A model generated the notes under the pieces. It worked only from the letters and a program-made list of their open reading frames with translations, was not told the origin of the DNA and did not search any database. This document shows, one piece after another, positions 26,270 through 37,248 of a stretch of 64,000 nucleotides of DNA. Made by a program: the position numbers and the translations under genes. Source of the stretch: Azolla caroliniana (Eukaryota; Plantae; Polypodiophyta); NCBI GenBank assembly GCA_043228905.1, contig JBHGNT010000003.1, positions 4,526,001-4,590,000 on the forward strand, given 5' to 3'. The first letter of the stretch is position 1. Each line of letters opens with the position of its first letter.

Positions 26270-29200
26270 TGATAGGGTGTTTAAGACAAAGGGTAATCTT
26301 ACACTATATGAGGGCTTGACCAAACCGGTTAGATGGAGTTGTGACTCATAATATATTATATAGATCAAGCGAGACTCAAGAAATTAAGAAAAAAAGATAG
26401 AGAAGATGAGAAAGAGATGAGTTTGTTATGATATTCCAACATCAAGACAATACAAAGGAGATAAACTCCACATTCAACTAAGAAACCAAAGACCTTCTTA
26501 CTACCAATCACTCAAAAACCACAATTAAGACTCTTCCCTTTCACTAAGATATCTCTTCCTAAGACTCCCTCCCTCTCCTCTATTAGGATCCTCTCCTTCC
26601 ACTCTTAGGATCCCCTCTCTATTAGGACCTTTCCCTATTAGTCCCTCCCTATTAGTCCTTCCCCTATTAGTCCCTCCTCCTATTAGTCCTTCCACTTCTT
26701 GTTTTATAATTTTCTTCTTCTTCCTCGTTCACGCTATGTTTAGAAGCTTTTTATCTCCTATTTTTAGCTAAGACCCAACAACCTCCTAATCATCATATCT
26801 CCTTCATCAGAGCTCCAAATTTAGTGATTTAAAAATCTATAGATAGATCTGTTTACAAGATTTCTAACCCATATTTAAACATAATATTTGGGTAACACAC
26901 GAAGGAGTTATGACCATTCTTTTTTTACTGTTTTTTATGGTCCGCTTTTTCTCTTGGTCTCGTACTTTTACTTTTGATTTCTTCCTAAGGTCTTGGTTCG
27001 TGTTCTTAGCCTCCAAATGTGAATTATCTATACTTTATAGTCTTGTAATGTTTAATGGCTTAGATTCTAAAAACACTTTCACATTTAGTCCTCCCCCTTG
27101 CTAGAGGCTAAGCCATTTATGGTGAAGCACTTAATGGTAGTACTTAACAAACGAAAGCTCTATCGCCAATCTCTTGGCTATAGACAATGAGAGAGATATA
27201 ATAAAAAAGAAAATAAAAAGATGTTCACAATTCTAAACACACACACACGCACATTGACAATTGCCATCACCATCTTTCTCCTTGTCAACACAAAGAAAGA
27301 GGTTACTACAATTATTATGTATTTGTCAAATCTCCATACACAAGAAGGGTCATGGGATACATAACTCTTGATAGAAGTAAGCATGTCAACATATGAATGA
27401 ATCTTTCGAGTGAGCGAACCTTTTGCACAAATACCTTCAAAGCATCGAGAGTTATTGGAATGATCATCTTTTGAGTTATGTTGTTCTTTGAATCATTCAC
27501 ATCTTCTTGGCACAACACATTGTCCACACTACCTTGTTTTGTATAAATGACCATTTGATCTAAAACCTCATCTCGAAAAGGAAGTGAAATTTGATCTTGT
27601 TTGGTCGATTCATTCAAGGGTTCAAAATTGATCTCATTCTTCTTTGGAACCATAACTATAGGTGACACAGAGTTCAAATCTTCCATCTTATAATTGGAAC
27701 TTTCTTGTAACCATGCGTTGAACTCTTGCATAAATTCTTCCTTTTGTTGAACACTCAATTGCCGAAGCTTTGGGGAAATTGATACACTTTCCTTCAAGTT
27801 GATGTGGTATTTGTTGTGAGCTTCTCCTCTTATCCCAAAACACTTTATGAACACATCCTCCACTATGCTTGTGCAATGCACCACTTCACTATCCACTACA
27901 ACCACCATTGCTGAAGATGACCTACTAATAGGAATTCCCACTTTGTTTACTACAAATTCAGAAAATCAAGCTTACCCTAGCACCACTATCAACCAAGGCA
28001 TCTTTGATGTGAAACCCTTTGATGGTAACCGGGATGGTTGGACGCATGTCGTTTCGATCTTCTACTCGCACGATCCCCACATAATGCACGGTCTTCCTAC
28101 TTTGGCGGATACTTGCAAGCTTTCCCCACTCCTTTTGTAATGTGGGAGATAATTGGAGAAGTTGTGGCCATGTTATCCTTGGTCCACTCGATATCAATTC
28201 ATGCTTCGGATTGAAAGCTTCTACACCTTCTCCCATAGGAATATCCTCCATCTTTATCTTCCATTTGGAGTGTCTCCTTCTCAATTTCTCCTCTTCCTCA
28301 TTCTCCTTACACTTCTTCTTTTCTCTAGAGGCACTAGATTCTCCATGAACTTCTTTCTCCTCTTGCCAGAATCGTGTCCTTTTCACAGGAGCTACTTCAC
28401 AAGCACTATCACTATCATCAATAAAATTAAGAAGATTCACATTATGAGGAATTGTAGGAACCCGAGTCATAGGAAGTGTGATGGATTCGCCTCCTTCGAC
28501 TTCATTGTTGTTAGGTCGTCGTCCATTCCTTTGCAGTTGATACATGCCTCTTCCCATGCCTCTTTGTTGTCGATGAGAACATCTTGTTCAGATGTGTCCC
28601 TCCTCTTGACAAGAATAACAAATTACACATTGATGCCCTCTAGAGCCATCACCATCGGGAATAGTGTTGTGAATTTCTTGGGATTGTCGCAAGTGGGTCA
28701 TCACTTCATCAAAGCGCAAGTGGAACTCATCATCTTCACTTGTCGATCATAACCTTGACAAACTTGGAGAAGAGCTTGAAAAGTTGTTGGATCCTTCAAG
28801 CTTGCCTTCAAACGGAAATGCATGTCAAGGCCCATCTTGAATCGTTCCATCTTAAACCACTTATCTTCAATGCCACCATGAAGACGAATCCACATCGTCC
28901 ACAAATCCTTGAAATTTCTTTCATACTATATGAAACCAAAAGATGATTCCATCTGTAGTCGAAAAGCTCCTCTCTTACTTTCGTTTCACTTTGCCGTGGA
29001 ATGTATCCAGAACGAAATTGGTGTACCAACAATTGATATTCTACTTGTTCATTTGGTGGAAGAAAAGCATACCAATCTCGAGCTCGACCATAGAATGTAG
29101 CTACCAACAAGGGAAACTTTTCACTGTCGGTGACGCGTCTAATAGAGATGGCATGATGCGAAAAGGATGCGAAAAAGGCACCAGCACCTTGTGTTCATTC

Positions 29201-30040
29201 ACTCGAAAACACAAATTGCATAGCTAAGTTAATGTAGTATAGTAACACAAAGTAAGGATAAGTTCTCCCTCCTATACAGAAAGGATCGGCCCTCCCTGGA
29301 GCGCCAAAAATGATAGGGTGTTTAAGACAAAGGGTAATCTTACACTATATGAGGGCTTAACCAAACCGGTTAGATGAAGTTGTGACTCATAATATATTAT
29401 ATAGATCAAGAGAGACTCAAGAAATTAAGAAAAAAAGATAGAGAAGATGAGAAAGAGATAAGATTGTTATGATATTCCAACATCAAGACAATACAAAGGA
29501 GATAAACTCCACATTCAACTAAGAAACCAACGACCTTCTTACTACCAATCACTCAAAAACCACAATTAAGACCCTTCCCCTTTCACTAAGATATCTCTTC
29601 CTAAGACTCCCTCTCCTCTGTTAGGATCCTCTCCTTCCACTCTTAGGATCCCCTCTCTATTAGGACCTTTCCCTATTAGTCCTTCCACTTCTTTTATAAT
29701 TTTCTTCTTCTTCCTCGTTCACGCTAGTTTTAGAAGCTTTTTATCTCCTATTTTTAGCTAAGACCCCATGACCTTCTAATCGTCATGTCTCCCTCATCAG
29801 AGCTCCAAATTTAGTGATTTAAAAATCTATAGATAGCTCTTTTTACAAGCTTTCTAACCCATATTTAAACATAATATTTGGATGACACACGAAGGAGTTA
29901 TGACCATTCCTTTTTTACTATTTTTAATAGTCCGCTTCTTCCTAAGGTCTTGGTTCATGTTCTTAGCCTCCAAATGTGAATTATCCATAGTTTATAGTCT
30001 TCTAATGTTCAATGGCTTAGATTCTAAAAACACTTTCACA
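26270..30040 (-). mobile_element. Gypsy element C, internally deleted (gag-PR plus RT stub): LTRs 26270-27083 and 29311-30040
   Basis: Perfect 5-bp TSD cttag; PPT 27084-27099; PBS tggcgctccagggaggg (tRNA-Arg-like); protease DALVDSGARVS. Confidence 0.92.
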
Positions 30041-30108
30041 CTTAGCATAAAATACGTGTACAATACGTATTCTATGTATTTTACAAGTATTCTAATTGTT
30101 TTTTTAAA

Positions 30109-31919
30109 GGAATGGGCTATTTGCCCCCCCCCCCCCCCCCAAAAAAAAAAAAAAAAAACCTTTTTGGCCGCCTAACAAAAAAAATCTCTGATAATTCTTC
30201 CCTCATTTTGCCCCCCAAATTTCCCAAATTTCTAGTAGTTCTCAACATTTTGGCTATTTTGCCCCTCAATTTTCTGGTCGTCCTCAACAATTTGGCTATT
30301 TTGCCCCCAAATTTCTGGTAGTCCTCAACATTTTGGTTATTTTGCCCCCCAAATTTCTGGTACTTCTCAATATTTTGGCTATTTTGCCCCACAAATTTCT
30401 GGTAGTTTTGCTAATCCCCCATTTTGGCTTCACAACATGTCTCCCCAACAAAAACATTCTGGCCTATGCAACGACGAAGTTTGCAAGCACTGACGACACA
30501 AATGCCTATATGGACGACTGGAACCAGCTTCTATACTCTTCCAGCGAGCTAGATTTTGAGGCTAATTGGGCCACGTTTCAAATGAAATGGCGACCAAGTC
30601 ACGATGCGTTGGTGCAGTATGTATACGAGACTTGGTTGATTCACAAAGACAAGATTGTACGTTATTGGACTGGTCGCTTCCCTCACTTTGGAATGACCAG
30701 CACCTCTCGCATTGAAGGCAACCATTATGTTGTCAAGAGGGTTTTAGGCATTGTTAATAACGATCTGCTCACTGTATTCAAGAAAATCCGTTTACTACTG
30801 GACACACAACTGACAGAATTGAACACCAAAATGGAGTATGACAAGTCTACACAGGCACATCGACATGCACTCGAGTTCATGAGGCCGCTAGTAAAGAAGA
30901 TATCCAAACACGCATTAGACAAGTTATTGGAGCAGTACAAGAAAGTTATTGACAACAATTATGGTGATGAATGTACAGGGTTGTTTCGATCAAGTTTTGG
31001 TGTCCCATGTTGTCATGACATTTTGAGATGCATCCAAAGAAATGAAAGATTCCATCTTGAAGATATTCACTGTCAATGGCACTTGATTGCGTGTTCAATG
31101 GTTCAACACGCCTCTATAGCTAAGCCATGTTTGTCTCCCAGAAAGCGTTTGATGAGGAAAATCGAGCAAAGATTGTATGAAACTGACGATGACCAGGTTG
31201 TTGTTCTCATGACACGATTGGATGAAGCAAGTCAAGCACCACTGCAGTCTCTCTCCAATCCAGTGGTGGTAACTAGGAAGCGAGGTCGCCCTGCAGGGTC
31301 GAAGAACAAAAAGGCCAACCAAAGGGAGAAGTCACTATTTGAGTACTCTACCGGTCGCAAATGTTCCAAATGTGATCAAGCTGGTCACAATGCACGCACT
31401 TGCGATATGCATTTGCCCCCCCATTTTGGCTATTTGCCCCTACAATACTAAGAATGTTATTGACGACGATTCCTTTTTATGTAATAGTTGATAAACCTTT
31501 TTATGAGGTTGTAAAGTGTAATAGTTGATATATATCACAAAAACATTTTGGTTGAGGTAAGAACTATCAAATTTTTATTTTTATTTTTGTAATACCAAGA
31601 AGGTTGTGTTTGACTTCCATTAATATAACTCATTTTAGCTATTTGGTACTTCACAACAACAACCAAATCACTTGACAAGCATATTTGTTCCAACAAGGTA
31701 TTGTTGTAAGTGTTATTGGGAAAGAAGTGTTGTAAGTTTAGCCAAAATAGGGGGGCTAAAAAGTTTTTTTTTAGGAGGCCAAAAAGGTTTTTTTTTTTTT
31801 TTTTGGGGGGGCAAATAGCCAAAATAGGGGGCTAAAAAGTTTTTTTTTAGGGGGCCAAAAAGAGGTTTATTTATTTATTTATTTATTTTTTTGGGGGGGG
31901 GGGGCAAATAGCCCATTCC
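30109..31919 (+). mobile_element. Mutator-like element (MULE), internally deleted, 1811 bp
   Basis: TIR ggaatgggctatttgccccc... / ...gggggcaaatagcccattcc; perfect 9-bp TSD ttttttaaa (30100-30108, 31920-31928); ~33-bp subterminal repeat array 30200-30430. Confidence 0.93.
30460..31451 (+). pseudogene. MULE transposase C-terminal half (SWIM finger, AT-hook, CCHC knuckle); N-terminal part missing
   Basis: TSTSRIEGNH catalytic-E region, CTGLFRSSFGVPCCH, KRGRP, CSKCDQAGHNARTC. Confidence 0.85.
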
Positions 31920-32064
31920 TTTTTTAAATACTTAGAATACGTATTTTATAGATAAAGTACGTTAAATGCGTTAAATACTTAGAATACGTGTAGAATACTT
32001 GCAAAATATGTTAAATACTTCTTAAAATTTAAAGTTTTTTTTTTTTTTCAAACCCTAAACCCTA

Positions 32065-35000
32065 ATACCCGGAATTTGTACCATCCCATCTTTTCGGCCC
32101 CCTCCAAATTAATCCGTTGTTCAAGAAGAACTTCCGGACTTGTCGTTTCTTCATTTGGATCTCGGCTCTCTTTTCTTTATTGTCTGATGATTCCTCGATT
32201 TCTTGTAGCACTTTCTTGATCAGTAAGCTTTCTTCCTCGTATTCGTCTTGCCGGAACTTCTGAATCATGTTTACCCGACATATGTGCTCCGAAGTAAAGT
32301 AGTCTTCGGAAACTTCTTCATTATCCGATTCGACTACGTCATCTTCGAACCGGGCTCTTCATAACATACCCGCTACCGTGTTGTCTTTTCCCGAGATGTG
32401 TCGAACCTTCGAATTAAGTGAATTTACATATGCAATCCATCTTAGCATAGCAACATCCGGTACCGTGCAACATCGCATCATCCCAAATATTAGAAGACAA
32501 TCCGTTTCAATCACTAGTTTAGCTTTGATCAAATAATCTCGATTTTATTTGATTGCTGACACGACTCCCCATAATTCTCTTTTAACTTGTGCATATCCGC
32601 GTTTCCTTTCGTTGAGAACCTTTGCTCCAAATCGAATCAGGTATTGTGAACCATCCGAGTCGACTTGGTTGATGACCCATCGGATCATGGTTGGACTTGT
32701 ATCAATGGGCACTATGATCGGTTGGTCATAGTTTGGCTTCTTAAGTGCTTATGCCTTCCGTAGTGTTTTGTTGAGCTTCTTCATGGCTTTGGTATGTTCC
32801 GGTCTCCATTCGAACTTCTTACCCTTCCGCAACAAGTGATGGAGTGGGTCCGCAATGTGTGCATAGTGCGGAATCCATATGTGATAAAATGCACACGCAC
32901 CAAGAAATCTGCGGACTTCGGATTGTGACTCGCATATTTCTTTCATAGCTTGAATCACATCGATCTTGACTGGTGACGGTCTTCGGTTGTAGGGCCCACA
33001 TAGATGTCCAACTACCAATATCTCTTCTTGTCCAAATGTTGATTTCTCTCCGGATAGTGTTAAGTGCTCATCTTCCAACTTCTGTAGCACTTTCTCACAG
33101 TCGCGAATATGGTTGATTACAAACTTACGACATCCTCAATCATCCATATTCTCATCCTTTACTTCCACCACACATCCTTTCATCGGAATGTCATCTAGGA
33201 ACGACATTGTTATCTTCGGGATGCAGTCTCGGAGCGCCTTGTTCATCATATTCATCATATGTGCGACCGAGTTCGCGCTCCTTGTGGTAGCATACACACT
33301 AATCCTATCGGTGTCCGCATTGTAGTGATATCTCGGCTCTCCACGGCTAGTTGGAATTGGTCACACCCGGAGTATAGGTCTCCGATGGAGTATATTGCGT
33401 GTCTGGCAAACGCTTCACAAATTCATCCACTATCGGACCGACTCCGGAGTTCCGGATAGTAACCTCGTTCACCGGTTGAAAATCTTGAATGAACCAGAGT
33501 GACCCATTCTTCCTTAGAACCGTAAACCATCGATTTGAGTACGGAGCGTTTGATGGCTCTAGAATCCCCATCGCCACCTTCTCTTTGAGCAAGTCAATGA
33601 TTTTCGGAATATGAGCCCGTGGCACCTGAATCGGCTTCAGGTTCCACGACACATGCTCAATCATGAAGATCACCATCGGCTCCACTTTCTTCGGATCAAC
33701 GCACCCTATTTGTGAACATAAATGCTTTTCCATGCATCTCCAACATCTCACGGAATTGTTCTTCTTCATTTGGTAAGAGGAACCCATCTCCACTCATCCG
33801 GAGTTTCTTTCGGGTCTCATTCATGAAGGTATGTTCGATATCCATGAACTTTCGAAGTGTTGGACCCTATTTGTGAACGTAAATGCTTTTCCATGCTTCT
33901 CCAACATCTCACGGAATTGTTCTTCTTCATTCGGTAAGAGGAACCCATCTCCACTGATCCGGAGTTTCTTTCGGGTCTCATTCATGAAGGTATGTTCGAT
34001 ATCCACGAACTTTCGAAGTGTTGGACCCTATTTGTGAACGTAAATGCTTTTCCATGCTTCTCCAACATCTCACGGAATTGTTCTTCTTCATTCGGTAAGA
34101 GGAACCCATCTCCACCGATCCGGAGTTTCTTTCGGGTCTCATTCATGAAGGTATCCCTCAGACTTCTTTACTCTTTTGTTCACTATTGGTGGGTAATGGT
34201 CCCGTAGATGGTTTTACCTTCTTTTCTACGGTCTTGTATTTTGTACATACTAGTGCTTCTTCTTTACAGAGCACATCCGACCCCATTTCCGCAATGATCT
34301 CGTAAATAACGATCGATTCCACTAGAACTACCTGATCTTCTTGGCTATTCTCTTTTGCAAGCTCTTCAAGTCGGTGTAGTGTGCTCCCATAGAACACTTC
34401 TTCGACTACTCCCATGATTTCTTTGTCCTCTTTTATGATTGATGATGACCGTAGATCATCCTGTATCTTTCAGAGTTCTTTCTTCATTTCTCCGATCACG
34501 GCCATGTACGTAGATGCCCCATCTGGACTGATTCACACTTGTTTCACTCCGAGAGTTTTCTTCCTGTGTGGGGTATCAAGGCTTCTCGGACTATCACTTC
34601 CCCACTTCGCAACAATCCGCTTTAAAAATCTATTTTTGTTTGGGACGAGCTCTCTCTTGTTCCTTTCGTGATTCGATTGCACAGTTAGGAACTGGATGGT
34701 TTTCCCTCCGCTTTGGCTCTGAATCTGTGCAAAAGCCGCTCCACTATCAAGAACCTTTGTTTCCATCTATGAAGCCATGATAAAGGGTTGCCCGAGGATC
34801 AAGGAATGTGAGACCTCATCTTGCACGAAGAAATTTTGGTCAATCTCCATTACTTTATTGGCTACCCGAATCTTCCATCCATGATTGGTGTTAATAGGAC
34901 ACTTTGAGTTTGAAAGTCCATTGAATGGATCTAATTTCCCTCATAGTAGATGAGATCCCGTCATAGAGCCTCCTTGTGCTAATGTCAATCTTTCCGATCA

Positions 35001-36578
35001 TCTTGGGTGCTATCGCACCATATGCACTGACGATCCATATACTTGGAACTCGTGGGACAGTCTTCCGATTTCTTCACCATGTCAATCTTGAGATTTTCCA
35101 TCTCCTTCAGCAGTTGCTCCATCGTACTCTCCCAAGGTTGCGGTTGGTGATCTTCCAATCTGGCCCTTGGTCTCGGAATTGGTTCCGAAACCCTCTTTTC
35201 TTCATTAACAAGCCATTGCCCCCTCTTTGTGTATCGTACGACGATGTCTCGCATATTTTCCCACGTATTGGTGAGGCCACTCTCAGTAGTCGTATCCTCT
35301 AGAAGCACTCCAAGATCTTTCTGGTCCTCGGCTCGTAAGAACATGATCACTTTGTCCGGGGCAAGGATAGCTTGATCTCTCACAGACAACCGCCCGAATC
35401 GACTTTCGAATGCCGAAAACACATTGAGGACCTTCAGCCCCTTGTCCGGTGTTTCCACCCAATCTTCAAATCCTCTCCGCGTTGCCTTGGAGGAGTCCTC
35501 CATAGTGAACATGGTCTTCGGCGCTTCTTCAAATACCACCCACATCGGATTTTGTTGTCGTATCCGGTGGATACTCCCTTGAAGCCCATCAGTAGCCACT
35601 CGATTGAAGGATATCACTTGCAATCCTTCTGGTATTCCGCACCATAGCATCTCTACCTTGTAGTCCCGCAAAGAATGTGACATATCCTTCCCGTTGAATT
35701 GCCCGTTCCGTTGCACGAGCCGCTCCACTGCCGCCACAATCTGCCATCACACGTTGTTCTTGTAGCATCCGCTCGAACATCATCATCATGTTGCTAGCCT
35801 CTTGTTGATTTTCCGTTGGGTTCACCAAATGTGTCGTGCCTTTCGACGCCGGATTGTTGCGTGAGTTGGGTGGGAACCGCTGGGGTTTTGGACTAGGAGG
35901 AAGAATTTGAGATGAATCTAGTTAAGAATATATTGTAAGAGAGATATAGGAAACTTGTGAATCCCACAAGAATAGTTTTTAGTTTTATTAATATTTAAAC
36001 CCAAATTGTACTTTGGAATAGATTAGAATCGATAGGAATAGATTGGAAAAGAGAAATTGAAAACCTCGTGAATCCAACGAGTATTATATTAATCAATATT
36101 TAGACCCTCAAATCAACAACCCTTTACAATTTGCTTCCCCATCCTTATATAGTGATGGGGAGTCTAAGTTTACCACATGCAAGCATCATGCCTTTTCTAA
36201 CGCTAGTGTACATGCACTCCACATGTCCATGATTAACTTTTCCCATCATGCTTTTCCTTTAACTCAAGTGTTCATGCACACTACATGTGCATGATTAGCT
36301 TTTCTATCATACTTTTTCATTTAACTCGAGTGTGTATGCATGAATAACTTTTATGCTTATCTAGAATATTTACATGTGATAAAGTTTAGTATAACTTTAA
36401 TATTCATAACGTGCTAGTACAATGGTAAGGCTTGAAATCATTAACATGGAGGTACAGGGTTCAAATTCTGCTTTATGCGTGTAACGTAATTATTTTAGTA
36501 TTTTCTCCTATTTCTTTATACTTAGTCAATCGGGTTCTCCACACATATTTTACCAAGTGTACAAAGTACACTACGACA
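32065..36578 (-). mobile_element. Gypsy element D (tRNA-Trp PBS), 3'-truncated: 5' LTR 35832-36578, gag ~34985-35800, PR, RT and RNase H remnants
   Basis: LTR TGTCG...CGACA; PBS tggtgaaccca; RT motifs EPSNAPYSNRWF, FLDD and VRRFLGAC. Confidence 0.85.
33703..34154. repeat. 161-bp tandem triplication inside element D pol
   Basis: accctatttgtgaac at 33703, 33864 and 34025. Confidence 0.95.
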
Positions 36579-37006
36579 ACGTTCCATTGAATTTCATTGG
36601 AAGGCCAATCTTGGGCTCTTTAGGAATCCCTTGAGTACTTGATCCTTGTTATTGCAATGCTACAATCGTTGCTTCAAGTTGTTGCACGCGTAACGCTAAC
36701 TCCCCATGTTGTTGTTGCGCTTGTTGTTTTTTATTTTCTTGTTCCAATGCGACAGACCTTTCTTTCAAGCAGTACAGCTCTTAGAAAACAGATTGGTATT
36801 CTTGAGCGCCAACAATTGCCATAGTATTGGAGGAAGGAAGGATAAGAAGATTAGTATGACGGGAAGGAGGGATACAAAGCTGAAGAGAATTCAGTTCAAA
36901 CTGTCAGGGATAGTATTAGAGGCAAGGAGAATTAGTACTAAAGATAGAGGAGAAGAATGAGGATTAGTACTAAAAAGGGAAAGAGTGTGTGAGAACCACG
37001 GGAGAG

Positions 37007-37072
<66 letters not shown>

Positions 37073-37248
37073 AAGAAAGAAAAGAAAGAAAGATATATTA
37101 ACGTCTTCTAAGGCCAAATTTGGCCCATGAGACAAATAGGTTACAACAAAAATGAGTGTTTATCCAATCATCAAAACTAAAAATAAAAGAAAATAGCTTA
37201 AGCTAAGAAAGTTCTAGTAGTGTACAAAGCTTTGCACTAAGCCTAATC

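Noticed and set aside
30200-30430. Regular short repeats that superficially resemble a CRISPR array (also 19700-20010)
   Set aside because: Tandem degenerate units without unique spacers, inside eukaryotic transposons; no cas genes.
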